DNA of 64,000 nucleotides from Longimicrobiales bacterium (GCA_965248195.1 CBDFIQ010000001.1:608001-672000), one strand, 5' to 3'; counted from the first letter of the stretch, positions 27,248-37,938 are shown. Program-made: numbers and translations. The notes: a model not told the origin generated them from the letters alone.

Positions 27248-29515
27248 CTAGGGTTGCGTTGAACCCACCTGCGCATCCACCGATGCGAGTGTCACCAGGT
27301 TCACAATATCCTGGACCGTGGATCCCCGCTGGAGGAAATGCACGGGATGCCTCATTCCCAGGAGGACGGGTCCGATCACCTCGGCTCCTCCCAGCTCAGC
27401 CAACAGCTTGTAGGCTGAATTGGCCGCCGCGAGGCCTGAGAAGATGAGCACGTTTGCGGCTCTTTTCAGGTCGCTGAAAGCGTATTGCGACCGCAGGATC
27501 TCCGTATTCAGAGCTGAATCGGCCTGCATCTCTCCGTCGATCTCGATATCGGGCCGAAGCTGCTTTACCTTCATCACGGCTTCCTGAACTTTCCGCGCCT
27601 GGGGATGCCGAACAGATCCGAAGTTCGAAAAAGACAGCATCGCTATCCGTGGGACGATGCCCAGCTTCTCCACGAAGCCGGCCGTGAGCAACGCGATATC
27701 CGTCAACGTATCCGCGTCCGGATCGATGTTCACAGCAGTATCACCGAAAAAGAGCAATTCCCGATCCCGTAGCGCCACCATGTACATGCCGGCCACCCTA
27801 CGCACTCCATCCGCCCGTCCAATGACCTCCAACGCCGGCCGGATGGCCTCAGAATAGTGTGACTCGATCCCTCCTACCATGGCGTCGGCATCACCGCAAC
27901 GGACCATCATGCCGGCGAAGTAGTTCAGCTGGTACATCCTCGAGCGTGCCTCGGCGCGCGTGAGACCTTTCCGTTTCCGGGACGCATATAACGCTTCGGC
28001 ATACTCGTGCCGTACTTCCTCGCTCACGATGGGGTGGACGATCTGCACACCCCCCAGGTCCAGGCCGTGCAGTTCGGCGATCTGGTTGACCTTAACCTCA
28101 CGTCCGATGAGCACCGGCGCGGCAATGCCCTCTTCCACGATCTCCTGGGCCGCGCGGATCACTCGTTCATTGTAACCATCGGTCAAGACCACTTTCATCG
28201 GACGCTTACGTGCCCGGGCGATCAAGCCCCTCATCACCTCTCCGCCGGGGCCCAGGCTCGCCTTGAGCCGATCCTCGTACGGCTCCACGTCGATGCTCAC
28301 GCGGGCGACGCCCGAATCCATCGCCGCCTTCGCCACAGCGGGAGCCACGTAGAGAAGGATTCTGGAGTCGAACGGCTTGGGGATCAGGTAGTCGGGGCCG
28401 AACTCGAAGACCTCTCCGCCATAGGCGGCGGCCACCGACGGGGGGACGGTAGCCTTCGCCAATTCGGCCAGGGCCCGGGTGGCGGCAATCATCATCTCGG
28501 GGTTGATGGCACGCGCACGAACATCCAGGGCGCCCCTAAAGAGGAACGGGAAGCCCAGAACGTTGTTGACCTGATTCGGATAATCGGAGCGCCCGGTAGC
28601 CATAATGACGTCATCCCTGACCTCAGCGACCTCTTCCGGCGTGATCTCCGGATCGGGATTGGCCAACGCGAATACGATCGGACGGTGGGCCATCGAGGCG
28701 ACCATCTCCTTCGTGACGAGTCCCCCGACGGACAGCCCTACCAACACGTCGGCGCCCTCCATCGCCTCTGCCAACGTGCGCCGGTCGGTGGAGGCCGCGA
28801 AGCGCGCCTTGTACTCGTTCATCCCCTCCTCACGGCCCGCGTAGATCACACCCTTGCTGTCGACAAAAAGTAGATGGTCGCGTGCAACGCCCATCCGGGT
28901 GAAGTGTTCGGCGGTCGAAAGCGCCGACGCGCCAGCACCGCTGAATACGACCCGTACTTTCGATGCCTTCTTGCCGGCGATTTCCAACGCATTCAGCAGC
29001 GCAGCAGCTGCGATGATCGCCGTGCCGTGTTGATCGTCGTGGAACACCGGTATATCGAGAGATTCCTGGAGGCGCTTCTCGATCACGAAGCAGTCGGGCG
29101 CCTTGATGTCTTCGAGATTGATCCCACCGACCGTAGGCTCGAGAAGCTCGCAAAAGCGGATGACGTCCTCCGGGTCCTCAGATCCGACTTCGAGATCGAA
29201 CACATCGATGCCGGCGAATTTCTTGAAGAGCACCCCCTTACCCTCCATGACCGGCTTCGACGCGCTCGGACCGATGTTCCCCAAACCCAGTACCGCCGTG
29301 CCATTCGACACGACCGCGACCAAATTTCCCCGTGCTGTGTACTTGAACACCGCGTCCGGCTCATCGTGAATTGCAAGACAGGGGGCCGCCACTCCTGGAC
29401 TATATGCGAGCGACAACTCTCTCTGCGTATTGAGCGCTTTGGTGGGAATGACCTCGATCTTCCCGGGGCGGCCCGTGGTGTGGTACTCGAGGGCCGCTTT
29501 GCTACGAGCGTCCAT
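27248..29515 (-). CDS. maeB: NADP-dependent malic enzyme with phosphotransacetylase-like domain
   Basis: LSLAYSPGVA, INLEDI, FHDDQHGTA, ATGRSDYPNQVNN; C-terminal IDGEMQAD. Confidence 0.96.
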   Translation of the reverse strand: MDARSKAALEYHTTGRPGKIEVIPTKALNTQRELSLAYSPGVAAPCLAIHDEPDAVFKYTARGNLVAVVSNGTAVLGLGNIGPSASKPVMEGKGVLFKKFAGIDVFDLEVGSEDPEDVIRFCELLEPTVGGINLEDIKAPDCFVIEKRLQESLDIPVFHDDQHGTAIIAAAALLNALEIAGKKASKVRVVFSGAGASALSTAEHFTRMGVARDHLLFVDSKGVIYAGREEGMNEYKARFAASTDRRTLAEAMEGADVLVGLSVGGLVTKEMVASMAHRPIVFALANPDPEITPEEVAEVRDDVIMATGRSDYPNQVNNVLGFPFLFRGALDVRARAINPEMMIAATRALAELAKATVPPSVAAAYGGEVFEFGPDYLIPKPFDSRILLYVAPAVAKAAMDSGVARVSIDVEPYEDRLKASLGPGGEVMRGLIARARKRPMKVVLTDGYNERVIRAAQEIVEEGIAAPVLIGREVKVNQIAELHGLDLGGVQIVHPIVSEEVRHEYAEALYASRKRKGLTRAEARSRMYQLNYFAGMMVRCGDADAMVGGIESHYSEAIRPALEVIGRADGVRRVAGMYMVALRDRELLFFGDTAVNIDPDADTLTDIALLTAGFVEKLGIVPRIAMLSFSNFGSVRHPQARKVQEAVMKVKQLRPDIEIDGEMQADSALNTEILRSQYAFSDLKRAANVLIFSGLAAANSAYKLLAELGGAEVIGPVLLGMRHPVHFLQRGSTVQDIVNLVTLASVDAQVGSTQP

Positions 29516-29587
29516 TTGGAAGCCTCGCGGAGAGGGGGATGGGTTAGCTTGGAAAGTTAGTGTGTCGATCGCCTGACCAGAGAGTTG

Positions 29588-31381
29588 ATGGCCGTTTCTC
29601 CCACAAATACGTTAACGCTACTTGCCCTGCTCGGTACCACTTCGGCTACGGCGCTCGCCGGCCAAGTGTGCCCCCAAGGGGAGGTCTCGGCCGTCCTGGT
29701 AACACCCCATTCCTACTTCGAAACGGGCGATGCCACGGACGGGGGCACCCTTTCGTGGTTCTATGGATTCGCTAACGCGATCCACGCCGACACGAACGAG
29801 GACTTCGTCAGGGGCGAACTCCTCCTGGGAGTCGGCGATTGCTACGACCCGTTTCTGGTAGACGAATCCGAGCGGCTCTTACGACAGCTGGGCTTCATCG
29901 ACCGAGCAGAGGTTACCAGTGCACCCCAGCCGGACGGATCCGAACACATCATCGTCGAAACCTGGAACCGTTGGACTCTCCAATTCGAGCCGCGTGTCCG
30001 GTTCGAAGAGGGGTTTGAGTTCGCCGGGATCGACATCACCGAAAAGAACGTGCTTGGAAGAGGCGTCGTGCTCCGGGGTTTTTTCCGCCAAAATCGGGAG
30101 CGCCTCGCTGTCGGAGGAAGGTTCGAGACCCCCCGCCTCCTCGGCACTCGTTGGAATGCCCTGCTTGAAGCCGCCCGCACGCGAGCCGGGAACTCCTTCC
30201 AACAAGGCTTCATCTACCCCTTTGTCGGAGAGGTCGGCCGATATGCGGCGGTACAGTCGTTCGTCCGGCAAGAGGACCTCTTCTCCTACAACCTTCCCGC
30301 GGGAGGGAGCTTCACGCACGTGGTGCAGCCCTACCGGCGAAGGTCGAGCGAGATCACGGTGGCGGGTCGGGTCGGACGCCCGGGACGGCTCAGTATCCTC
30401 GGCGTGGGACTCTCGAGGGAGGAGTGGGAATACACCACCTTCACGGAGGGGGCGGAGGTGGTCCGGGACCGCGATTTCGGAAACGCGGAGCCGGCGCCTC
30501 CCGAGATTTCTGCGATCTTGGCGCCACAGCTCCGTGATTACTCGACGACCCGCGTGAACCTGGTCCTCGCCCAGAGGAACCTTTCCTTTCGGCGGCGCGA
30601 CCGCCTGGACGCCCTCCGAGGCGTTCAAGACGTCCCGGTGGGCGGAGAGGTGGCGCTCGTTCTCGGTCGGAGCATCCCGTTTCTCGGATCGAGCGCCGCG
30701 AATGAGGACTCCGACTTCTTCGGTCGGATCCGTATCTTCGGTGGACTGGCTCCTGGACGCTGGGTGCTCGCGTCGGCAGTCAGCGTCGAAGGCCGGAAAA
30801 TCTTTGGCGGAGCCGAGAACGGATGGAAGGACGTACTGGGTGAGTTCGATATCTATTCCTACTGGCGCCCGTCGGAGACCTCACGGCACACCCTCTTCGC
30901 CCGGCTCTCCGGCGCCGGGGGCTGGTCCCTGACCGGTCCGTTTCAGTTGACGCTGGGGGGAGTATCCGGGCTGAGAGGCCACAGTGTGGATGACTTTCCG
31001 GGAGGAAGGCGCCTGGTCGCCACCCTGGAGGATCGCATCTATTTCGGGTCTCCGAGCGACGGCTTCATGGATCTGGGAATGACCGCCTTCGTCGACGTGG
31101 GATCGATTTGGGAGGGGGGTGTCCCCTTTGGAGCAGATTCCGGCCCTCTGGCGACGGCCGGCGCCGGGCTGAGGATCGGGTTTCCGGGCGGAACCGGAGG
31201 CGTAGTCCGGATCGACGTCGCGTTCCCGCTCAACGGTTCTGACGCGTTCGGCGGACCCACGTTTCGCACCTCGGCCGAGTTGCTCGGCCTGATACGTGGG
31301 GTCGAGGACCGGCAGCTACGTCGGAGCCGCCGACCCGGTATCGGCCCAGGTATTCTCCCCGATCCTTCGGTGGGCCGGTAG
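29588..31381 (+). CDS. BamA/TamA-like outer membrane protein (POTRA + beta-barrel)
   Basis: ESERLLR, EKNVLGRG, LGG..GLRG, FVDVG, GAGLRIG, RIDVAFP. Confidence 0.7.
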   Translation: MAVSPTNTLTLLALLGTTSATALAGQVCPQGEVSAVLVTPHSYFETGDATDGGTLSWFYGFANAIHADTNEDFVRGELLLGVGDCYDPFLVDESERLLRQLGFIDRAEVTSAPQPDGSEHIIVETWNRWTLQFEPRVRFEEGFEFAGIDITEKNVLGRGVVLRGFFRQNRERLAVGGRFETPRLLGTRWNALLEAARTRAGNSFQQGFIYPFVGEVGRYAAVQSFVRQEDLFSYNLPAGGSFTHVVQPYRRRSSEITVAGRVGRPGRLSILGVGLSREEWEYTTFTEGAEVVRDRDFGNAEPAPPEISAILAPQLRDYSTTRVNLVLAQRNLSFRRRDRLDALRGVQDVPVGGEVALVLGRSIPFLGSSAANEDSDFFGRIRIFGGLAPGRWVLASAVSVEGRKIFGGAENGWKDVLGEFDIYSYWRPSETSRHTLFARLSGAGGWSLTGPFQLTLGGVSGLRGHSVDDFPGGRRLVATLEDRIYFGSPSDGFMDLGMTAFVDVGSIWEGGVPFGADSGPLATAGAGLRIGFPGGTGGVVRIDVAFPLNGSDAFGGPTFRTSAELLGLIRGVEDRQLRRSRRPGIGPGILPDPSVGR

Positions 31382-31551
31382 GCCAGGCCTTTGACGGCGG
31401 AAACAAAAGTTTTAGTTTAGCTTCCCTTCGCTATTTAGAACTAAACACTTGTTCCCCTGCCTCGTGAGTAGGTAGCGTTATCGTGCAGTGTTTACAGATT
31501 GGTCGCTGTTAGAGACACCTCATTACCTTCAAGACGAGGCGCCCAGCACGA

Positions 31552-32412
31552 ATGTTTTCAACTTCCCGAGGCCTGGACTCATTCGACCAGTATCTGCAAG
31601 ACGTCGAGAAATACCCCCTCATTCAGGATCCGGCGGAGGAACGGGCACTCGCACATCGAGCCCGATCCGGAGACAAAGAGGCCGCTGAGCGACTCGTTAC
31701 CGCTAATCTCCGGTTCGTTATTTCTTATGTGAAGAAATACCAGGGCCGTGGCTTGGGACTCGCCGAGCTCGTGTGCATAGGCAACGAAGGGCTGCTGAAG
31801 GCGGTCAAGAAGTTCGACCCCGACAAGGGTGTCAAATTTATTTCGTACGCAGTCTGGTGGATCCGCCAAACCGTACTCCAAGCCCTGGCGGAGCAAACTC
31901 GCTCAGTTCGGATCCCGCTAAATCAGAACTCCAACCTCGCCAAGCTCGCCCGAATCGATACCGCCCTCACACAACAGCTCGGCCGCTCCCCGACCATCCA
32001 GGAAATTTCTCGGGAGATGGAGGAGCCGATCGAAACGATCCGTGCTCTTCGGAGGGTAGCTGCCAGCGAATTGAGCCTAGACGCTCCCATCGATCGCAGT
32101 GACGGAAACAGCGCGAGCTTCGGTGAGCGCTTCGCCGGAATCGAGGCGACCGACATCGAAAAGGACGTTGAAGCCATCGCTCGCAGGGATTTCCTCGATA
32201 CGATGTTCGACAGCTATCTCACCGAGCGGGAGAGGAAGATTCTTTACCTCTACTACGGCTTGGACGACGGCGAAGAACGTACGCTCGAGGAAATCGGATC
32301 CCTCCTCGGAGTCACCCGCGAGCGGATCCGGCAGATACGGAACCGCGCGTTCGAGAAGTTGCGTGAAAGTCCGCACGGCGCGTCGTTGTCTGGATTCTGG
32401 AGCGCGAACTGA
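31552..32412 (+). CDS. Sigma70-family RNA polymerase sigma factor (RpoD/RpoS-like, no region 1.1)
   Basis: LVTANLRFV..KKY, GNEGL.KAV.KFD, KFISYAVWWIRQ, TLEEIG..GVTRERIRQI. Confidence 0.93.
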   Translation: MFSTSRGLDSFDQYLQDVEKYPLIQDPAEERALAHRARSGDKEAAERLVTANLRFVISYVKKYQGRGLGLAELVCIGNEGLLKAVKKFDPDKGVKFISYAVWWIRQTVLQALAEQTRSVRIPLNQNSNLAKLARIDTALTQQLGRSPTIQEISREMEEPIETIRALRRVAASELSLDAPIDRSDGNSASFGERFAGIEATDIEKDVEAIARRDFLDTMFDSYLTERERKILYLYYGLDDGEERTLEEIGSLLGVTRERIRQIRNRAFEKLRESPHGASLSGFWSAN

Positions 32413-32439
32413 CACGCGGGATCCTCCACTGAACCCAGG

Positions 32440-32468
32440 GCCCCGTCACGCGAGACGGGGCTTTTTTT
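32440..32468 (+). terminator. Rho-independent terminator after the sigma factor gene
   Basis: GCCCCGTC-ACGCGA-GACGGGGC followed by T7. Confidence 0.88.
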
Positions 32469-32488
32469 GCTCCCAGGGGTGGAGACAA

Positions 32489-34558
32489 ATGAATATCCCG
32501 ATGGGCTCAGCGATGACCATCGCAGGCCCGATCATGGCTCTTCTCTGGCCGTGGACCGGAAGCGCCCAGGACCAGTCCGAGTGGAACGGCGAGCGGGTAC
32601 TCGAGCTCGTGCAGCAAGCCCGAAACCTCCGCCAGGCCACCGCGATCGACTCGGCCTTTCAGGCGTACCAGGCCGACGCGCACGGCTATGTGTACTTCTT
32701 CATCGATCGGACCGACAGCGACGAACGGACGCTTGTAAAGACCGACCAGGTGGCCCTCGAGGTCTTTTGGAAGGCACCCGACCAGACCACGCAGCGGTTG
32801 GTCGGCCGCCGCGACGCGAAGGCGCTACCCACCAGCATCACCTATCACCTCGATCACCTGACCGTCGTACAAGATGACTTCGGCGACCTAATTCGCCTCG
32901 GCGATGGCGATGAAGTCGAGGCTGTAGTTCATCCCGTCGCACCCAGATCGGAGTCTATCTACGACTACCGCCTCGCCGATTCTTTGACCGTGACCATCCC
33001 AAGCCCCGTGTCGGAAATCCGGGTCTACGAGCTAGAGATTCGACCGAAGGACGCTGAGGGTCCAGGCGTTATCGGAAGGCTTTTCCTTGAGCGGGGGACC
33101 GGTGCCATCGTGCGGATGAGCTTCACTTTTACCCCCGCTTCCTACGTCGATGGGAGCCTGGATTACATCCGTATCTCCATGGACAACTCCGTATGGGACG
33201 GAAGGTATTGGCTTCCCTATAGGCAGGAAGTCGAGCTCAGGCGGGAGCTCCCCCTCATCGAGTTCCTGGGGGGCAGCGTTATCCGGGGCCGCTTCGAAAT
33301 TCGAAATTACCGGTTCAATCCAGAACTTCCCCCAACCCTCTTCCTCCGGGGGCCGTTCACTTCAGCTCCAGCGGCCGAACGCAGAAACTTTCCATTCGAA
33401 TCAGGCTTGTACGATCAACTCTCCGACGAGGGCCTAGACCCATCCCCAGAGATTCAAGCGATCCGTGAGCAGGCGAGAGCCGTCCTGGGAAAGCGGTACT
33501 TGAGCGGGTTGAATCCCGCCCGTCTCCATGTGCCCTCCGTTTCATCCGTGTACAGGTACAATCGTGCCGAGGGATCCTTCGCGGGAGCCGGCACATCCTT
33601 TCGGCTGGGCTCGACCTGGAGGCTTCTTTCACGGGGCGGCTACACATTCGAACGGAAGAACGGTCAACTCGCCGTCGACCTCGTGTCGAGTCCCACGCCC
33701 AAGGGCGTCAACATGGGTGTATGGTGGAACGAGCTTCAGAACGCATCAGGCGGCCTCCCTGGGGCGAGCCGCACCGTCAACACGCTGAGTGGACTGCTCA
33801 CCAACCGAGACTTTACAGATCCCTATTTCACGTCGGGAGCGGGCATCCGCTACGGATGGAGCCTAGGAGCTTCGAGCTCACTCGAAGTGGGCGCCGAATG
33901 GGAACGTCATCGTTCCGGAACAAACGTCGTGGACGATGGACTCGGAAGGGATCGAGCGACCGAGTCAGGGTCCAGCCACCCGGTACTGTCGGTCGACGAG
34001 GGCGACGACCGGGCCGTGGAGGTGACGCATGCCACCCGGACCGCCGCCCGAGGGTTCGAAAGCTGGGCGACGGCCCGGGTCGGACAAATGGGAGAACAGG
34101 CGTACGCCTCGCTCTGGTGGGCCACCACGCTCCGGCGGGAACTCCACGAGCGGGGCACCACCCTCGAGGCTGGGCTTCGAGTCGGCATCTCGACCCAGGA
34201 CGCCCCCGTGCAGAAGCTCTTTCTCCTGGGCGGCCGCCATACCCTCCCGGGTTACCCCTTTCGCTCGTTCATCGGTTCCGAAATGGCCCTCCTTCGAGTC
34301 GAGGCCAGCCAGGCTGTATTCGCTCCTTGGCTCAAGGCCCACATCTTCGGCGCGGCAGGAGTGACGGGCTTCACACGCACAAGCCTTCCCGACCCCGGCT
34401 GGCTTCGCCAAGACACAGATGGGGTGAAAAGCTCAGCTGGGTTGGGCTTGAAGCTGGGCTGGGATCTGTTGCGCTTCGACGTAGGGCGGGGCCTGAACGA
34501 CGGAGGGGACTGGGAATTCGTCTTTTCCGTCCAGCGCCGCTTCTGGGAGTGGCTATAG
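32489..34558 (+). CDS. Hypothetical outer-membrane beta-barrel protein
   Basis: Signal peptide; RYNRAEG, LGGRHTLPGY, amphipathic C-terminal strands. Confidence 0.6.
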   Translation: MNIPMGSAMTIAGPIMALLWPWTGSAQDQSEWNGERVLELVQQARNLRQATAIDSAFQAYQADAHGYVYFFIDRTDSDERTLVKTDQVALEVFWKAPDQTTQRLVGRRDAKALPTSITYHLDHLTVVQDDFGDLIRLGDGDEVEAVVHPVAPRSESIYDYRLADSLTVTIPSPVSEIRVYELEIRPKDAEGPGVIGRLFLERGTGAIVRMSFTFTPASYVDGSLDYIRISMDNSVWDGRYWLPYRQEVELRRELPLIEFLGGSVIRGRFEIRNYRFNPELPPTLFLRGPFTSAPAAERRNFPFESGLYDQLSDEGLDPSPEIQAIREQARAVLGKRYLSGLNPARLHVPSVSSVYRYNRAEGSFAGAGTSFRLGSTWRLLSRGGYTFERKNGQLAVDLVSSPTPKGVNMGVWWNELQNASGGLPGASRTVNTLSGLLTNRDFTDPYFTSGAGIRYGWSLGASSSLEVGAEWERHRSGTNVVDDGLGRDRATESGSSHPVLSVDEGDDRAVEVTHATRTAARGFESWATARVGQMGEQAYASLWWATTLRRELHERGTTLEAGLRVGISTQDAPVQKLFLLGGRHTLPGYPFRSFIGSEMALLRVEASQAVFAPWLKAHIFGAAGVTGFTRTSLPDPGWLRQDTDGVKSSAGLGLKLGWDLLRFDVGRGLNDGGDWEFVFSVQRRFWEWL

Positions 34559-34598
34559 TAATCTGGCCCCGCCCCCTAAATCGCCGGCCCCGGCCAAC

Positions 34599-34949
34599 TC
34601 AGGCGGCTACTTGGACCTCGGCCTCCCGCGCGGTGAGCAGCACCAATTCGCGTACGTTGACGTCGGCAGTGGGAATCTTCACACCCTCCCTTTCGTACGC
34701 ATCGTACTCCAGCCGTCCCTCAACATAGATCCGATCGCCCTTTTTCACGTTTTCCTCTGTGAACTCGGCCAGGCCGGCCCAAAACGTGAGCCGATGCCAG
34801 TCGGTCCGCTGTTCGCTGTCGTCTCCGAACGGCGGACGGTTGGTTGCCAGACTCAGGTGCACGACCTTGGTTCCGCTCTTGGTCTCGAAAACATCCGGAT
34901 CGCGTCCGACGTTTCCTACCAGAATAATCTTGTTGATGGTGCGGCTCAT
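34599..34949 (-). CDS. ssb: Single-stranded DNA-binding protein (short form)
   Basis: INKIILVGNVGRDP, SLATN, TDWHR, KKGDRIYVEGRL; GGAGG RBS. Confidence 0.92.
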   Translation of the reverse strand: MSRTINKIILVGNVGRDPDVFETKSGTKVVHLSLATNRPPFGDDSEQRTDWHRLTFWAGLAEFTEENVKKGDRIYVEGRLEYDAYEREGVKIPTADVNVRELVLLTAREAEVQVAA

Positions 34950-35095
34950 CTCATCCTCCCGCGTAAATTCGCGGCCGGCCCGTGAGCCGGCTCCATCGAG
35001 CTCGGACCGCGGGGGCCTGTCTTTGAGTTGGACAAGGGAAGGTGTGGAGTCGGGAGGGGCCGGGGGATGGCTGGACGGGCCTGTCGTGCGAGCCA

Positions 35096-37936
35096 CTAAC
35101 CCTTCGTCTCGAACCAGCTCTCTCCCACACCTCCCTCGACCACCAGCGGAACGCAGAGCTCCATCGCACCCTCCATCGCCGACACCACCACCTCGGCAAG
35201 AGCGTCTTCTTCGCCACGCGGCACCTCGAAGAGCAGCTCGTCATGGACCTGAAGCAGAAGACGGGCCCCCGTTTCCACCTCGGCCAACGCACGGGTCACG
35301 TCAAGCATCGCCTTCTTGATCATGTCCGCCGCCGTGCCCTGGATGGGCGTGTTCTGGGCGACTCGTTCCCCGAACTGGCGGACGTTCCAGTTCTTGGCTT
35401 GCAGCTCCGGGATGTGGCGCCGCCGCCCCATGAGGGTCTCGACGAAGCCCTTCTCGTGAGCACTCGCCACCTGCTCATCTAGATAGGCCCGCACACCGCT
35501 GAAGCGCTCGAAGTACTGATCGATGAACACCTTCGCCTCTTCGCGGCCGATGCCGAGCTGTCGGGCGAGCGAAAACGCACCTTGTCCATACAGGGTGGCG
35601 AAGTTGATCGTCTTCGCCTGGCCCCGCTGCTCGGACGTCACCCGGTCGAGGGGAATGTCGAAGACCACGGCGGCGGTCTGCTTATGGACGTCGATCCCGC
35701 TCCTGAACGCTCGGACCAGGGGCTCATCCCCGGAGAAGTGCGCCAGGATTCGCAGCTCGACCTGGGAATAGTCCGCTCCGTAGAACAGGTAACCCTCCGC
35801 AGGGATGAATCCCTTCCGGATCTCCCGCCCCAAGTCCGTTCGTATCGGGATGTTCTGAAGATTGGGATCGCTCGACGAGAGCCGCCCCGTGGCCGCCACC
35901 GTTTGATTGAAGCGGGTGTGGATCCTGCCCGTTCGTGGAAGCACCAACTGGGGCAGCGCGTCCACATAGGTCGAGCGGAGCTTCTCCAGCTCCCGGTACT
36001 CCATCATGAGCCGGGGAATCTCGTGCCCCTGTATCGCGAGCTCTTCCAAGACCGAGGAGTCCGTGGAGGGACCCGTCTTCGTCCGCTTGATCACGGGGAG
36101 TCCCTGCTGTTCGAAAAGGATCTCACGTAGTTGCGGTGTGGAGTTCAGATTGAATTCCGACCCGGCGACTTTGTAGATCTCGTCCCGGATGAGCGTCAGA
36201 TCGCGTTCCAGACGCTCGCTCATCGTCAGGAAGAAGGCCGGATCGATGCGTATTCCCTCCTGCTCCATCCCAACCAGAACCGGCAGGAGCGGCATCTCCA
36301 AGTTCTCGAAGAGTCCGGCAAGCCCTTGGGCTGCAAGATCTACGGCGGAGAGTTCCGCCAGGCGGAGCGCGGCATCGACGCCCTGAGCCGCATAGTCCCG
36401 TGCCTTCTCCTGGTCCACCTCTGAAAAGCTGATCCTTTTCTGGCCCGTCCCGACTACGTCGTTGTAGGGCGTGCGGGAAAAATCGAGGGAATCCTGGCAG
36501 AGCGCATCCAGATCGTGTTTCCGCCGGCCCGGGTCGAGCACGTAGGACGCGAGGGTCACATCGAAGGTCATCCCCCTGAGGCGGACGCCCACTCGGGCCA
36601 GAGACAGCGCCGACGCCTTCAGGTCGGCCCCTAGCTTCTCGACGCCGGGATCCTCCAGGAGATCGACCAGGGCGGCGAGAGCGTCGTGTCCCATTTCAGG
36701 AAGATTGGCGATCCCGGACGATTCGAACGCTAGCGTTGGCTCCCCGTGAGGCACGTGACCGAAGGAGAGATAGAAGGCCTCGCCCACGTCCACCGCCAGC
36801 GCGAGGCCAACCAAACCAGCTCGATGCGGATCGAGGAAAGCATTTTGTACCCCGAGGGCCACCCGACCTACCTCGCGGGCCCGACCGACCAACGCCCCGA
36901 TATCGTCCGGCTCGGTGACCAGGTGGCAACGAACCGGTGGGGGCCCGCCCGTCGCCGTGGACGCCGGACCGGCCGCATTATCACCGGGAAGCGAATCGGG
37001 ATCGGCATCATCCTTGACCGCCTGGCCAGGACCTCGAGCCCCTCCGGGCGCGAAGCGCTCCATGAGACGACGAAATTCCATCTCGGCGAAGAACCGGTGA
37101 AGCCTGGGACGATCGGGCTCCCGCACCTGCAGCGCCTCCAGGTCCAACTCGACCTCGAGGTCCGTCATGAGCGTCACGAGCTTCCTGGAGAGTCGAACCT
37201 GGTCCGCATTCTCCTCGAGCGACTCCCGCACACGCTTAGCGGAGATGTCGCTCGCGTGCTTGAGAATCTCGTCGAGGCTCCCGTACTCATCGAGGAGCTT
37301 GAGAGCCGTTTTCGGCCCAACGCCCGGGGCTCCGGGAATGTTGTCAGAGGAGTCCCCGATCAGGGCCAAGTAGTCGATTACCTTGCTCGCCGGAATGCCG
37401 AATTTCTCGTGGGCATTACGCTCGTCCACCCATTCGGCCTCCACACCCGTGCGTCCGCCGCGCCCGGGGTTCAGGAGGTGGATACCGGGTCCCACGAGCT
37501 GATAGAGGTCCTTGTCGCCGGAAACGATGACGGCTTCGAGTCCCGCATCCCTCGCCTTGATCGCCAGAGTGCCGATCACGTCATCAGCCTCATAGCCGTC
37601 CAATTCGACTAGGGCGTCATTGAACGCCGCCACGAGCTCGCGCACGCGGGGCAAACTGGCCCTGAGCTCATCGGGCATCTTCTCCCGGGTCGCCTTGTAG
37701 TCCGGGTATATCTTTTCCCGGTCGCTATTTCCGGCGTCGAACACCACCGCAAGATAGTCGGGTTGATATTTGTCACGGATCTCGATCAGGAAGTTCGCGA
37801 ACCCGAAGGGGGCGGACGTGTTCTCCCCCTTCGAGTTGGTGAGGGGGCGGCGAATGAAGGCGAAGAACGCGCGGTAAATCAGCGCGTAGGCATCGATAAG
37901 GAAGAGACGGGGCGCCTTCTTCGGTGGGACGTCCAT
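35096..37936 (-). CDS. polA: DNA polymerase I
   Basis: 5'-3' exonuclease motifs (YKATR, EADD, GDSSDNIPG); polymerase motifs DYSQVELR, KTINF..YG, QVHDEL. Confidence 0.98.
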   Translation of the reverse strand: MDVPPKKAPRLFLIDAYALIYRAFFAFIRRPLTNSKGENTSAPFGFANFLIEIRDKYQPDYLAVVFDAGNSDREKIYPDYKATREKMPDELRASLPRVRELVAAFNDALVELDGYEADDVIGTLAIKARDAGLEAVIVSGDKDLYQLVGPGIHLLNPGRGGRTGVEAEWVDERNAHEKFGIPASKVIDYLALIGDSSDNIPGAPGVGPKTALKLLDEYGSLDEILKHASDISAKRVRESLEENADQVRLSRKLVTLMTDLEVELDLEALQVREPDRPRLHRFFAEMEFRRLMERFAPGGARGPGQAVKDDADPDSLPGDNAAGPASTATGGPPPVRCHLVTEPDDIGALVGRAREVGRVALGVQNAFLDPHRAGLVGLALAVDVGEAFYLSFGHVPHGEPTLAFESSGIANLPEMGHDALAALVDLLEDPGVEKLGADLKASALSLARVGVRLRGMTFDVTLASYVLDPGRRKHDLDALCQDSLDFSRTPYNDVVGTGQKRISFSEVDQEKARDYAAQGVDAALRLAELSAVDLAAQGLAGLFENLEMPLLPVLVGMEQEGIRIDPAFFLTMSERLERDLTLIRDEIYKVAGSEFNLNSTPQLREILFEQQGLPVIKRTKTGPSTDSSVLEELAIQGHEIPRLMMEYRELEKLRSTYVDALPQLVLPRTGRIHTRFNQTVAATGRLSSSDPNLQNIPIRTDLGREIRKGFIPAEGYLFYGADYSQVELRILAHFSGDEPLVRAFRSGIDVHKQTAAVVFDIPLDRVTSEQRGQAKTINFATLYGQGAFSLARQLGIGREEAKVFIDQYFERFSGVRAYLDEQVASAHEKGFVETLMGRRRHIPELQAKNWNVRQFGERVAQNTPIQGTAADMIKKAMLDVTRALAEVETGARLLLQVHDELLFEVPRGEEDALAEVVVSAMEGAMELCVPLVVEGGVGESWFETKG

Positions 37937-37938
37937 CG

